A stretch of DNA of 49,014 bases from a virus. The stretch is from UHGV virus genome UHGV-1369627. One strand, written 5' to 3'. The notes below the pieces were generated by a model. That model did no database searches. It saw nothing but the letters and a program-made list of their open reading frames with translations, and was not told the DNA's origin. The position numbers and the translations under genes were made by a program. Positions 9,653-19,768 of this stretch are shown in pieces (position 1 is the stretch's first letter; every line of letters begins with the position of its first letter).

Positions 9653-10112
9653 TATCACCGAACTGGCGCTGAACCTGAAAGCGGCAGCAGAGAAAGCAAA
9701 ACATGCAGGGGAGGCTCCGATAATGTCTTTCGATGCTCGAATCTCAGCGCTTAGCGAATACCAGATTACGGCATGCCCAGATAATGTTCTCGCGCTGGTA
9801 GAGGCGCTGGAGAAGGCGAAGGGGATGGAAACCTACTGGAAAACTCAATGCCGTGGGATAACAGACCACTGCGAGGAGTTGCAGGCGCGCATCGCCCAGC
9901 TGGAGTCCCGCACCGTGAAGCTTCCGAAGCCACACGCCCACTTAATCTGGATTCAGGCAGGTCATGCGCCAGATGATTACTGGGATGATGTAGCGGTATC
10001 TCATAGCGAGAAAGACCGTTGCTGTGATGGCTCAGAGCGCTATCCGGTTTATGCACGCTGGGAAATTGAAGAGATGCTTACCGCCGCTGCCATCAAGGTG
10101 GAGGCTGAGTGA
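9645..10112 (+). CDS. hypothetical coiled-coil protein
   Basis: ORF 9603..10112; likely start at MTDITELA, overlapping the upstream stop. Confidence 0.45.
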   Translation: MTDITELALNLKAAAEKAKHAGEAPIMSFDARISALSEYQITACPDNVLALVEALEKAKGMETYWKTQCRGITDHCEELQARIAQLESRTVKLPKPHAHLIWIQAGHAPDDYWDDVAVSHSEKDRCCDGSERYPVYARWEIEEMLTAAAIKVEAE

Positions 10113-10284
10113 TGCGTAAATCACCAATGGCAATTGAGATCGCTATGGCTTGTTTATCCATTTTCCGCGCAGTTGATGCTTTACATATCAAAGCGCCCTG
10201 GCATCAGGGTCGCGCGGTTTCAAATCGCCATACCGGTAAAGCAGCAGAACGCCGTAATGCCAAACGTCGCAGGAGAGCAAAGAA

Positions 10285-10938
10285 ATGAATAATTCAATAA
10301 CCAGAGAGCGCCTGGAAGAAATTGTCAGCGACCCAATGATTAATCAGGGGGGCGAGTTTGCGATGATGGCCCGCATGGCGCTGGCCGCAATGTACAGCGA
10401 GCCGGTGGCTGATGATTACTTTGCTTCTCTTGTTACTCAAGCGCGTGCGCGAGCTGACAAAGCGATGCGTAAATTCCCCCAACCTAATTACGTGTTGAAT
10501 AAAGTAGCGGAAGAAAGTGGGGAAGTCATTAAAGCTGTCATTCACTACACCGAGGGGCGTGAAGAGTGGCGAAACGTTGAAGGTGAAATTATCGATAACC
10601 TGGCGATGCTTATTCGATTAGTGCAGGAAGGCGATCAGGTTATTGGTTTTACTCCGCCTACAGACTGCCGCGCCGCCATGCTCGCAGCCGCCCCGCAGTC
10701 TCCCGGCAGTGACCCTGCCACCGTGCCGGGCAAATGGATTCCGGTAATCGAGCGGTTGCCTGAATCAGATACTAGAGTGCTTCTTTATTTTTCTGATTAC
10801 GATGGTCATATTGAGGACGGGTTTATTGGCGATAACGGTGATGGCCTATCCCACTACCTTTTTGATGGGGACTGTTTTGGGATAAACCCAACACACTGGC
10901 AACCTCTTCCAGCCGCCACGCGGGAGGCTAAGCCATGA
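10285..10938 (+). CDS. MazG-like all-alpha NTP pyrophosphohydrolase fused to a DUF551 domain
   Basis: N-terminal VLNKVAEESGEVIKAV...EGEIIDNLAMLIRLV is MazG/HisE-like. C-terminal WIPVIERLPE...THWQPLP is DUF551-like. Confidence 0.55.
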   Translation: MNNSITRERLEEIVSDPMINQGGEFAMMARMALAAMYSEPVADDYFASLVTQARARADKAMRKFPQPNYVLNKVAEESGEVIKAVIHYTEGREEWRNVEGEIIDNLAMLIRLVQEGDQVIGFTPPTDCRAAMLAAAPQSPGSDPATVPGKWIPVIERLPESDTRVLLYFSDYDGHIEDGFIGDNGDGLSHYLFDGDCFGINPTHWQPLPAATREAKP

Positions 10939-11188
10939 AACCCTACATCATCCGCAGGCTTGTTGCCGCATCGCTGATGGCATTCTGGATTGCTGCTGCA
11001 TTAGCCGTCTACTTTATCGTGAGGTGATTTATGCTGTGGAGCGATATTCAGGCGGCATGCGAAGAGGCTGACTTCCTGTATGAGGAGACAGGGAAGCATC
11101 ATGCCGTCATTCAGGTTGGCAGCATGATGATGGTTGTTGAGCATAACAGCATGCTTCGGCATATGTACTCAACGACTAGGTATCAGTA

Positions 11189-11383
11189 ATGCCACAAAAA
11201 TCAAAGCAGGAGGTATGGCAGGAGGCGCAAATTGAAGGCGTCGACCACTTCATAGCAGCAATCTCCAAAGCTTTTCCTGATGCGATTGAGGTGGTTCACG
11301 TTCAAAGCAATAACTGTAATGTTTGGTGTTATGCGAAAACTGATGTACAATCATCTCATCAATCATCACCCACCACCCTTTAA
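11189..11383 (+). CDS. hypothetical protein
   Basis: 64 aa, followed by the terminator at 11383..11407. Confidence 0.4.
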   Translation: MPQKSKQEVWQEAQIEGVDHFIAAISKAFPDAIEVVHVQSNNCNVWCYAKTDVQSSHQSSPTTL

Positions 11384-11407
11384 CCCGCTTCGGCGGGTTC
11401 TTTTTTA
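11383..11407 (+). terminator. rho-independent terminator
   Basis: Stem ACCCGC, loop TTCG, stem GCGGGT, then TTCTTTTTT. Confidence 0.7.
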
Positions 11408-11433
11408 TGGCTCATGCGACATGGTGTAGAATC

Positions 11434-11442
11434 TGATACAAT
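11434..11442 (+). promoter_or_regulatory. late promoter, extended -10 TGaTACAAT
   Basis: Same 9-mer as upstream of the tail fiber gene. Lies 43 nt before terS. Confidence 0.45.
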
Positions 11443-11485
11443 ATTCAATAACGGAAAAATAGCGGAATATTGATAGGTTTTATCT

Positions 11486-11905
11486 ATGGCTAAAAAACTA
11501 TTCAGTAGCGAAAATCAACCACAGAACAAGCGCGGGAAGGACAAGCGAAAGCTGCTTGTAGAGGCTCTTGAGCGTAAGGGATTCAGCGAGGAAAAGCTGT
11601 ACGATACCATTATTGAAATGGCAATGATTGAGCGCGATACCGCAATGATGAAAGAGCTTATCGTGCGGTTCAACCCCCTACCCAAGCCTGTAGCCCCTGT
11701 GTTTGAGGTTGACTTCCCGGATGATGGCACACCGGTAGAAAAGATTGATGCAGTCATTCGTGGCATTGCATCTGGCATTATCCCAGCAGACATCGGTAAA
11801 ATGTTTGCCGAAGTTATTAAGACAGGCCTTGACGTCGCCGAAGTAACAGAGCTTGCGGCACGCCTTGAACGACTGGAGAAGTTACTGGAGCAGCAGAATG
11901 TTTAA
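11486..11905 (+). CDS. terminase small subunit (putative)
   Basis: 139 aa, basic N-terminus, immediately upstream of terL. Confidence 0.5.
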   Translation: MAKKLFSSENQPQNKRGKDKRKLLVEALERKGFSEEKLYDTIIEMAMIERDTAMMKELIVRFNPLPKPVAPVFEVDFPDDGTPVEKIDAVIRGIASGIIPADIGKMFAEVIKTGLDVAEVTELAARLERLEKLLEQQNV

Positions 11906-12042
11906 ACTATCATTGTCACTAATGGTCTGCGCCATGTTCATGTTCCCCATGGGCGATAAGTCAACTGAGATTGCATTTGATATATGGGGCATCATGTTCA
12001 TGATGACGGCAACAATAATTACTATTGTTGGAACTTCGCGAC

Positions 12043-13467
12043 ATGGCTCGTAAACGCCTTTCTGCACTGGCAATCGAAAAGCTGGAAGAAGCAGTTGGTA
12101 ACTCCATGGAGAAGCCAGACTCTGCTGTTTTCGGCATTGTCGATAAGCTGCTTGAAGATGGAACGCCAAATGTTATCAAGCGACTTAAAATGACTCAGAA
12201 TGGCGTGTCAGAGACAACTGAAGAGCCAACAATATTAATCCCTGAACGCATGGAGCTTTTGCTTTACCCGCGCCGGTTTAAGGTCTTCTATGGCGGAAGA
12301 GGAAGCGGCAAAACGGCTAACGTCGTTTCCTATCTTATCGAAAAGGCAAGATTCAGAAATTGCAGGGTTGGCTGCTTCCGGGAAATTCAGAACTCAATCA
12401 AGGAGTCCAGCTACGCCGAACTGGTCGATGAAATTAACAGGAAGGGACACGCTCAGGAATACCGGTGCGTCGATGGCGAGATAACCCACCACGGCACACG
12501 ATCAAAGTTCGTGTTCAGGGGTATGTGGCGCAACATCACGGCCATTAAAGGGATGGCTGGGCTTACCGATGTGTTCTGCGAGGAGTCGGAGAACATTAGT
12601 CAGGTGTCATGGGATACACTCATCCCTACAGTTCGCGCCTCTGGCTCTGAAATTATTATTGTTTTTAACCCCAATCGGGAAACCGATCCCACGTGGACAA
12701 ACTTTGTTGAGCCGTATGTGGATAAGATGGTTGATGGGATATATCAGGATGATGATATTGTCGTTGTGAACGTTAACTACATCCATAACCCCTGGTTTAC
12801 CGAGGAACTTAAACAGCACATGAACCAGATGAAGGCGGTTGATTATGACCGCTATCTGTGGGTTTATGAGGGGTTATTCAACCGGCGTTCAGATGAAGCT
12901 GTGCTTGGGGGTAAATGGCAGACTCTTGATTTTGAGCCGTCGCCAGATTGGGGCGGGCCTTACTATGGTATTGACTTTGGTTTCTCGCAGGATGCTACGG
13001 CAGCAACTGAATCTTATGTCGAGGATTTGGGCGGCGGAAGAAGAAACCTGTATATCTACCGCGACTTTGCAAAGGTTGGGCTTGAGATAACCGACACGCC
13101 AGAGGCTATGCGACTGGCATTCCCGGGTTCAGAAAAATACAGATGGTATGGTGACTGCGCAAGACCAGAAACAATAAGCCATATAAAGCGCTCAGGTTTT
13201 GATATCCACCCGTGCGCAAAGTGGCCGGGAAGCATTGAGGACGGAATTACATGGCTCAGGGGTTGTGACAGGATTTTCGTTCACGAAAGATGTAAGACCG
13301 TTATTGAGGAGTTCACGCTTTACAGCTATAAGGTGGATAAGCTCACGGGAAATATACTTCCTGATATCATCGACAAGCACAACCACGCCACAGATAGTTT
13401 GCGCTATGGCCTTGGCGATCACATCGTGCAGCGCGGCTCTGGATGGATTAGGAGGAGCAGGAGATAA
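12043..13467 (+). CDS. terminase large subunit
   Basis: Walker A GGRGSGKT. C-terminal nuclease-like region. The ORF opens at a TTG at 12025; the ATG at 12043 is preferred. Confidence 0.85.
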   Translation: MARKRLSALAIEKLEEAVGNSMEKPDSAVFGIVDKLLEDGTPNVIKRLKMTQNGVSETTEEPTILIPERMELLLYPRRFKVFYGGRGSGKTANVVSYLIEKARFRNCRVGCFREIQNSIKESSYAELVDEINRKGHAQEYRCVDGEITHHGTRSKFVFRGMWRNITAIKGMAGLTDVFCEESENISQVSWDTLIPTVRASGSEIIIVFNPNRETDPTWTNFVEPYVDKMVDGIYQDDDIVVVNVNYIHNPWFTEELKQHMNQMKAVDYDRYLWVYEGLFNRRSDEAVLGGKWQTLDFEPSPDWGGPYYGIDFGFSQDATAATESYVEDLGGGRRNLYIYRDFAKVGLEITDTPEAMRLAFPGSEKYRWYGDCARPETISHIKRSGFDIHPCAKWPGSIEDGITWLRGCDRIFVHERCKTVIEEFTLYSYKVDKLTGNILPDIIDKHNHATDSLRYGLGDHIVQRGSGWIRRSRR

Positions 13468-13471
13468 GAAA

Positions 13472-13497
13472 AGCCCTCATTAGAGGGCTGTTTTTAT
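13472..13497. terminator. bidirectional rho-independent terminator
   Basis: AGCCCTC-ATTA-GAGGGCT followed by GTTTTTA. Confidence 0.65.
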
Positions 13498-14028
13498 CCA
13501 TTCCATTGGCTCTGTAAGAATCATTTTGTTTCTTTTGCTAAGATTCATAACAGCAGGAATAACCTGTATATTATTGGCGCAATGCAATCCGCTTACATAT
13601 TTTGCTCTTAGTGGAATCATGTGGTCAACATGCCAATCGAAACCTATCTCCTTTGTTCTCGCTTGAGATAAAAGGTACGCCTCAGAAATAACAAATTCGT
13701 CCCATTCTGTTAATGATATTTGAGATGCCTGCCTGGACTGTGTTTTGTATTTCTTGTTTTGGTAGTTCCTTTTGCTTCTGTTTTTTTCTCTATAACTTTT
13801 GTTTAACTCTGCAATCTTTGTTGCATTATTTTTCTTATAGTTGGAGTTCTTTTTTTGTATTTTATCTTGATTTCTTCTTCTGTAATCCTGTTGAATTAAC
13901 CTCAAGCAATCTACGCAACCATAACCAATGTGTCTGTCACATTGATGACCGTTCTTGCATGTCCTGCCGGTGTTGTAGAATTTAACGCCAAGGCATATAG
14001 CGTCTTTTCTTGTTTTTGGAATCTGCAT
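13480..14028 (-). CDS. HNH endonuclease (HNHc type) adjacent to the terminase
   Basis: WHVDHMIPL...GLHCANNIQV HNH motif. Cys-rich N-terminus. Confidence 0.65.
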   Translation of the reverse strand: MQIPKTRKDAICLGVKFYNTGRTCKNGHQCDRHIGYGCVDCLRLIQQDYRRRNQDKIQKKNSNYKKNNATKIAELNKSYREKNRSKRNYQNKKYKTQSRQASQISLTEWDEFVISEAYLLSQARTKEIGFDWHVDHMIPLRAKYVSGLHCANNIQVIPAVMNLSKRNKMILTEPMEWIKTAL

Positions 14029-14062
14029 CTTTCCACCCCAACAAAATCATTGCACTTTAATA

Positions 14063-14091
14063 AATCTACACCACCACATAATCCACGTCAA
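14063..14091 (-). promoter_or_regulatory. promoter TTGACG-N17-TAGATT (minus strand)
   Basis: -35 is the reverse complement of 14086..14091. -10 TAGATT is the reverse complement of 14063..14068. Confidence 0.5.
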
Positions 14092-14104
14092 CATTTATAA
14101 TAAA

Positions 14105-14395
14105 TTATTTGTAAAGCCAGCAATGAATCCCCGCATTGCGCATGGCAACATAAATCACGTCATCATTCACGACCGCCATCGCCACCCTGTCAGCGTCAAT
14201 CTTCTGGTGCGATGCCATAATGTCATCATAGAAAATATCGTTAGCATGCAGCCACTCATACGCATGCTTTGCCCTCATGATAAGCACATCATGCCCGGCA
14301 GAGTAGAGTGACTTAGCCAGTGCCGCGTTACCAGCAATAGCATTTCCTTCCGCATCGCGCAGCACACCATCAAGCTCAAAAATGACACATTTCAT
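14105..14395 (-). CDS. HAD-superfamily-like fragment
   Basis: 96 aa. MKCVIFELDGVL resembles HAD motif I but has Glu in place of the first Asp. Too short for a complete HAD fold. Confidence 0.45.
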   Translation of the reverse strand: MKCVIFELDGVLRDAEGNAIAGNAALAKSLYSAGHDVLIMRAKHAYEWLHANDIFYDDIMASHQKIDADRVAMAVVNDDVIYVAMRNAGIHCWLYK

Positions 14396-14421
14396 AAGAT
14401 TTCTCCGAGAGGTTTCATTTT

Positions 14422-14450
14422 AATCTACGCCATGCTAGAATCTACGTCAA
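14422..14450 (-). promoter_or_regulatory. promoter TTGACGTAGATT-N11-TAGATT (minus strand)
   Basis: The 12-mer is the reverse complement of 14439..14450. A second TAGATT is the reverse complement of 14422..14427. Confidence 0.5.
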
Positions 14451-14483
14451 GGCGCGTTGACATAACTACATCACCGGGGCATC

Positions 14484-14777
14484 ATGAAGGCGTACTCATC
14501 TTTTTCGTGGGAGCAGAAGGAGAAAATATACTCACTCGCAAGAGCTGGTGTGTCCGATGAAGCCCTGTGCGAAAGGTACGATGTGGACGAGGCCATACTC
14601 CTGCGCATGTATGATGAAGTGCTGTGTGAACTACAGCGGCGCCGTGGTTACAGTGGGCTGAAGACGATTAATGATTTCTTTCGGAATGTTGATTTAATTG
14701 GTGATGGTGATGATAAAGAAAAAGCTGCAAATGAAGATGCGCAAAGCCGCAATGGAGAAGTACACGAAAAAAATTGA
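14484..14777 (+). CDS. hypothetical protein
   Basis: 97-aa ORF. Confidence 0.4.
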   Translation: MKAYSSFSWEQKEKIYSLARAGVSDEALCERYDVDEAILLRMYDEVLCELQRRRGYSGLKTINDFFRNVDLIGDGDDKEKAANEDAQSRNGEVHEKN

Positions 14778-15117
14778 TATTAGCTTCATTGATGGCGTTG
14801 GCATGTACAATCACGCCTGCCATCTGAATGCTGTAAATCGCGCAAGAGCAGGAAACAGCGCAGCCGTGGTTGAAGTGGTTATGATTAATGATGACTCCGT
14901 GACGGCGCATTACATCAACATGCAGGCAGATGGTAAATATGTTGATTACACCCTTGGATGGCACTGGTCAGGGGCTGATTACCGATTTGTGCGATACGTT
15001 CCATTTACTGAGTGGGGAGACATAACCAGCTCACTTGAGCGCCTAAAGGCAGAACTTTGTAATCCAGTCAGCAAATGGATGCGCGCCTTTATGTTAACTA
15101 ATAACGAAATGTGTTGA
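14698..15117 (+). CDS. hypothetical protein (start uncertain; overlaps the previous ORF)
   Basis: 139-aa ORF. Internal Met codons offer alternative starts. Confidence 0.35.
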   Translation: MVMVMIKKKLQMKMRKAAMEKYTKKIDISFIDGVGMYNHACHLNAVNRARAGNSAAVVEVVMINDDSVTAHYINMQADGKYVDYTLGWHWSGADYRFVRYVPFTEWGDITSSLERLKAELCNPVSKWMRAFMLTNNEMC

Positions 15118-15125
15118 GGTGATTC

Positions 15126-15332
15126 ATGCGTGATGAAATAAAAGACCTGAGTACAAGGCTGCGTGAGCTTGAGTTCATGCAGATAATAAGAAAACTTGGG
15201 TATGAGACAACTACCGTCCCAACATGGGGGAAGGATGAAGATGGCAGGCCATTTGTATGGCATAAGCCATTTATTGATGATAGAGAGGCTATAGAAGCCT
15301 TAACCAAATTCCGCAGAGGTGGTGATTTATGA
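15126..15332 (+). CDS. hypothetical protein
   Basis: 68 aa. Confidence 0.4.
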   Translation: MRDEIKDLSTRLRELEFMQIIRKLGYETTTVPTWGKDEDGRPFVWHKPFIDDREAIEALTKFRRGGDL

Positions 15333-15492
15333 TTATTGAAGGTAAAATTTTTACTGATTTGTCGGCCAGAGAGATAAAAGAAAAATTTTCAATGAACATC
15401 AACCAGGAAGGCGATGCAATTATCATCGACAAACACCAGGCCGCGCAGCTTATCGAAGTCCTGCAACGCTGGATTGATGGCGAGGAGATTGA

Positions 15493-15792
15493 GTGATGAG
15501 CGAATACCTCTGGTGGTGTGGACTGGTTGCCAATATTGCTGTGGCGATGTTTGTCCTGCTTGTTGTTTGGGTGTGGTTTATTTTTCCGGGAGTAGAAGCT
15601 ATAAGCATGGTCAGGTGGTACAAGGCAATTGCCAGGGAGTATCCTGATGTTAAGCTGAAGGGGTTTTTTCGCATGTTTGTCGGTTGTTATGAGGTTTTTG
15701 GTCGCACATTTGAATGCACCAGATGTAGATATGGCAGTTGGTATGGCGTCGGAAAGTGGCGCGTTTATAATAACGAGGGTGGTGACAAATGA
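15493..15792 (+). CDS. small membrane protein
   Basis: 99 aa with a hydrophobic N-terminal TM segment. Confidence 0.4.
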   Translation: MMSEYLWWCGLVANIAVAMFVLLVVWVWFIFPGVEAISMVRWYKAIAREYPDVKLKGFFRMFVGCYEVFGRTFECTRCRYGSWYGVGKWRVYNNEGGDK

Positions 15793-15973
15793 GCATTTAC
15801 TTTATTCACGCGGAAGCCATTCTCAGCAATGGCTGCATTGCCGAGAAGGTCGGAAAATTGGTAATTGCCACTAATGCGGTTGTTGCGCTTACTTAGTTTT
15901 GGTCAGATGATAGCGTGGCAGCGTTAACCGACCAAGGTATCAAAGTCGTAATCGACAAATTCGAAAAGGTGGA

Positions 15974-16192
15974 ATGATGTCTAAACATATTATTAAATAT
16001 GAATACCGTAACGGTGCAAAACTTGCAAAGCATGAAATAGAAACATGGTGCGGACATAGCCCAAAGTTTGCTGAATGGTTGTTTCAGGATGCCCAGCACG
16101 CCATATTGAGTATTGAGCAAGGATCGCTTAATCAGCCATGCAAGAGATGCATCAAGGCAATCATAAAAATAGCAGAGGATGGTTTGAAATGA
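15974..16192 (+). CDS. hypothetical protein
   Basis: 72 aa. Confidence 0.4.
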   Translation: MMSKHIIKYEYRNGAKLAKHEIETWCGHSPKFAEWLFQDAQHAILSIEQGSLNQPCKRCIKAIIKIAEDGLK

Positions 16193-16413
16193 TGAAAGCT
16201 ATCAAAACAATCCTGTTCTGCATCATCAACCCGCACCTGATTGTGATGCTGATATTCGCTGCCATCCTTATTGGCGCAAGAAAGTCGCTTTATTATCTCT
16301 CCGACAAGCTGGATGATGCAGCGCGTTACATTCAGAACATTGACCATAAACTCGGCGCGAAGTCATACCCAGCATGGTTCAGATCGCTTGTTGATGATGA
16401 GGTGAGAAAATGA
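16189..16413 (+). CDS. small membrane protein
   Basis: Start at MMKAIKT within ORF 16138..16413. Confidence 0.35.
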   Translation: MMKAIKTILFCIINPHLIVMLIFAAILIGARKSLYYLSDKLDDAARYIQNIDHKLGAKSYPAWFRSLVDDEVRK

Positions 16414-16613
16414 AACGATTCCTCTTGGCATGGCTATACCTGTTCGCGGTGTACATGGCATGCCTCGCACTGGCCTTCCCGGTATGCTGGTTCATCAAGT
16501 GGGAGCCACCAATGCTGAGCGATATCATGAATGTCGGAGTGCTGCGTATTGCGGTGTTCATGCTGGTTGCGTCTATGGTTGGCGCGTTGTTTCTTAGTAG
16601 AATTGAGGAATAG
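16410..16613 (+). CDS. small membrane protein
   Basis: 67 aa with two hydrophobic segments. Confidence 0.4.
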   Translation: MKRFLLAWLYLFAVYMACLALAFPVCWFIKWEPPMLSDIMNVGVLRIAVFMLVASMVGALFLSRIEE

Positions 16614-16721
16614 CAGCCAAGCTATTTATAATAAATTGCGGATAGGAAGGCCATCCGACAAGTGTGTTAGTCAGCGCACTTCCGCAATCCCCTACTGACT
16701 CCAAATGACAAGGGTTAAATC

Positions 16722-17213
16722 ATGCTTACTCAAGAAGAACTGAAACGTGTGCTCAGATACAACCATGAAACTGGTGTTTTCATTTGGATTAAATCAGTTG
16801 CGAAGCGAATAGCAGTAGGTGATGTGGCTGGAAACTTAGACCCAGCTGGATACATAAGAATAAGATACAAAGGATGCCTGTATCGGGCACACACCCTGGC
16901 ATGGCTTTACCATTATGGTGAATTCCCTTGTATGGATGTTGATCATATTGATTGCAATAAAACAAACAACTCAATAGCAAACTTAAGACTTGCCACCAAG
17001 CATGAGAATGCAACAAATAGACCGTTGCAGAAAAATAACACATCAGGAGTGAAGGGTGTTAGGTGGAACAATAGAGATAAAGTCTGGACTGCATCTTTTG
17101 TTTTTATGGGTAGGTACATTCACGTTGGAAGCTTTAAAGATAAAAATAGAGCAGCAAGTGCGATAAAAGCCGCCAGGGAGCTAACACAGAGTAACTTCAT
17201 CAACAACGGCTAA
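16722..17213 (+). CDS. HNH homing endonuclease with AP2 domain
   Basis: VDHIDCNKTNNSIANLR and SGVKGVRW motifs. Confidence 0.75.
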   Translation: MLTQEELKRVLRYNHETGVFIWIKSVAKRIAVGDVAGNLDPAGYIRIRYKGCLYRAHTLAWLYHYGEFPCMDVDHIDCNKTNNSIANLRLATKHENATNRPLQKNNTSGVKGVRWNNRDKVWTASFVFMGRYIHVGSFKDKNRAASAIKAARELTQSNFINNG

Positions 17214-17217
17214 CATA

Positions 17218-17226
17218 TGATAAAAT
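17218..17226 (+). promoter_or_regulatory. late promoter, extended -10 TGaTAAAAT
   Basis: Lies 35 nt upstream of the portal start. Confidence 0.45.
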
Positions 17227-17260
17227 CTCTCCATCGTGAGGGATTTTTTATGGTGACGAA

Positions 17261-18709
17261 ATGTCAAAGTTAGAGGCGGTAAACGCCTATATTCAGCAGC
17301 GAGTGGCGAACAATAACAGGCTCATCGAGCGGCAGCGCCGGGAGTTTGGCGGGAAGAACATCGACCACAAACACGACAGGCTGTGGTTGGAATGTGGCTA
17401 TCCTGAAGAAATCACCGCTGAGATGTTCCGCTATGCCTATGAGCGATACGCACCGGCAACAGCTGGCGTAAATCGCGTGCTCGATAAGTGCTGGCAGACT
17501 CCGCCGCAAATCCTTCAGGAAGGCGCTGATGATAAAGCAAGCACCCCATGGGAGAAGGCCGCCAACAAGCTGTTTAAGCGCGCTGCGCCATTCATCAAGG
17601 ATGCGGACCGCCGCAACCTCATCAACCGCTACTCCGGCCTCATCCTGCAAATCCGTGACGGAAAGCAGTGGAATGAGCCGGTAGACACCACGAAAACAAA
17701 ACGCATCAAGGATGCTGCCATTGTCCGCTACATTCCGGCGTGGGAAGAGCAATTAACCGTTAGTGATTGGGATAATGACGAAGCCAGTGAGGACTATGGG
17801 CAGCCGAAGATGTACCTGTATCAGGAGTCGGTAATAGGCGCCTGCAATAACGACGGCAAACCAACGCGCTCCCTGAGTATTCACCCTGACCGCGTAATCG
17901 TATTTGCCGAGGGTGCGATGGATGGTTCCATTTATTCTGGCGTTCCGCTTCTGCGTGCCGGGTATAACCATCTTATCGACATGGCGAAAGTCACCGGTTC
18001 AAGCGCCGAGGGCTTCCTGAAGAATGCAAGCCGACAGCTCAACGTTAATTATAATAAAGATAGCGTTTCCGCTCAGTCTCTGGCGCAGCAAATGGGCGTG
18101 CCGCTGGAAGAGCTGGCGGATGTGCTCAATGAGGATGTGGCGCGCCTGAATGAGGCTATTGACGCGGCGATGTTCACGATGGGTGCCGATGTTAAAGTGC
18201 TCTCAGTGACGCCAGCCGACCCAGGGCCGACGTGGACTATTGCAGCTAACCAGTTTGCGGCATCCATTAAGAAGCCATTCACCATCCTGTTTGGTCAGCA
18301 GACTGGCCGCCTTGCATCCGATGAGGATAAAACCGACGAAGCCATGAGCGCCAAACAGCGTCGTGAGGACTGGCTGGATTACATCATCTCGGTGTTTATC
18401 GACCGGATGATTTCCTTTGGCATTCTGGATAAGGCGCCAGAGAGCGGTTATTACTGCAAATGGGATGACCTGCTTGCACCTTCCGAGCTGAACAAGGCTG
18501 ACCTGCTGGTTAAACTTGCCACCGCAAATAAATCTGTATTCGATGCAGGGCAGATGGCCCTGATGACCGCAGATGAGATGCGTGGCATTGTTGGCATGGA
18601 GCCTCTGGAAGAGCAGCTTCCTGAAGGATTACAGGAAGGTCAGCAGCAAGACCAGCAATCGCAGCAAGACCAACAGCAGGGCCAGACCGATGCGCCTCCT
18701 CAAAATTAA
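17261..18709 (+). CDS. portal protein
   Basis: 482 aa. Sits between terL and the head morphogenesis gene. Gln-rich C-terminus. Confidence 0.7.
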   Translation: MSKLEAVNAYIQQRVANNNRLIERQRREFGGKNIDHKHDRLWLECGYPEEITAEMFRYAYERYAPATAGVNRVLDKCWQTPPQILQEGADDKASTPWEKAANKLFKRAAPFIKDADRRNLINRYSGLILQIRDGKQWNEPVDTTKTKRIKDAAIVRYIPAWEEQLTVSDWDNDEASEDYGQPKMYLYQESVIGACNNDGKPTRSLSIHPDRVIVFAEGAMDGSIYSGVPLLRAGYNHLIDMAKVTGSSAEGFLKNASRQLNVNYNKDSVSAQSLAQQMGVPLEELADVLNEDVARLNEAIDAAMFTMGADVKVLSVTPADPGPTWTIAANQFAASIKKPFTILFGQQTGRLASDEDKTDEAMSAKQRREDWLDYIISVFIDRMISFGILDKAPESGYYCKWDDLLAPSELNKADLLVKLATANKSVFDAGQMALMTADEMRGIVGMEPLEEQLPEGLQEGQQQDQQSQQDQQQGQTDAPPQN

Positions 18710-19634
18710 TGCCCGGCTTCCGCAGCCAAAATTAAGCATGAGCCTGACAGACCCGCTCGGTGCAGTGGGTCGCGTCAACAAGATGGTGCGCGATGTTGAC
18801 GCCAGATACGTGACGCTAAAATCGCAGGTTGCCGAGCTGTTCAGCACGATTCCTGTGGCGACCGGCAATGCTGAGGCCGGAAATTATTATTATGATTTCT
18901 CTGCCTACCGCGCATCGACATTCTTTGATGAGCTTCAGCGCATTCTTGATGGTCAGCTGCTGGAAGGTGATGATTTCACGCATGGCAGGATGTGGGCATC
19001 ATCCTATGTCAGCGACGCCATGTACGCCGGTACGCAGAAGGCTAACTCAGACCTGAGCGACCTGTCGTCGGCATACAAAGACAGCAGGCCGCTTGCTGAA
19101 ATCCTGTACTCTCAGCCGTATCTCGACAGACTTCAGTTAGCGTACACGCGCACGTATAACGACTGGGGCGGGCTTTCAGATTACACGCGGCAGCAGGTGG
19201 CGGAAGTCATCACTGCTGGCATTGCAAATGGCGACGCGCCCGGAGTGGTTGAGCAAAACATCGTTAACCGCATGGACGTATCAAGAAGCTACGCGCGGTC
19301 AATTGCTCAGACTGAAATCACCAACACTCTGCGTGAGGCTAACAGGCGTGAAGTGAAAGAGGCGCAGGTTACGCTGGGTATGGATACCATCATGCTCTGG
19401 CAGTCGGCGCTGATGAAAACCACCCGCGTCACTCATGCCGCGCGTCATGGAAGGCATTACACCCCGGAAGAGATTGATGAGTTCTACAGCGAGGGCGCAA
19501 ACCGCCGTAACTGCCATTGCGCACAGACTCCAGCGCTGGTGATGGATGGCAAGCCGGTTATACTTGAGAAAACGCAGGAAAGACTCGATAAGCAGCGCGA
19601 AGCATGGCAGGATACACACAAGAAAGCCGCCTGA
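18690..19634 (+). CDS. head morphogenesis protein (Mu F / SPP1 gp7-like minor capsid protein)
   Basis: Conserved ...[12 protein letters not shown]... block. Start chosen at the ATG overlapping the portal stop; ORF 18573..19634. Confidence 0.7.
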   Translation: MRLLKINARLPQPKLSMSLTDPLGAVGRVNKMVRDVDARYVTLKSQVAELFSTIPVATGNAEAGNYYYDFSAYRASTFFDELQRILDGQLLEGDDFTHGRMWASSYVSDAMYAGTQKANSDLSDLSSAYKDSRPLAEILYSQPYLDRLQLAYTRTYNDWGGLSDYTRQQVAEVITAGIANGDAPGVVEQNIVNRMDVSRSYARSIAQTEITNTLREANRREVKEAQVTLGMDTIMLWQSALMKTTRVTHAARHGRHYTPEEIDEFYSEGANRRNCHCAQTPALVMDGKPVILEKTQERLDKQREAWQDTHKKAA

Positions 19635-19768
19635 TGGCGGCCTCTGTTAACGTTTTTTAATGAACCCCCCGCAACCGCACTTTGGGCACATCGTATATCG
19701 AATGCCTGGCTTTTCAATCCTATCTCGGTTGTGATGTTCGTGCTTGCACGCTACGCAGATGATAATCA

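Noticed and set aside
14457-14462. TTGACA on the plus strand as a promoter for the 14484 gene
   Set aside because: Only 21 nt from the start codon, with no -10 in range. More likely part of the divergent 12-mer control region read on the other strand.
18640-18709. Gln-rich tail of the portal ([15 protein letters not shown]) and Gly/Gln linker of SSB as repeats of interest
   Set aside because: Ordinary low-complexity linkers, not DNA-level repeats.
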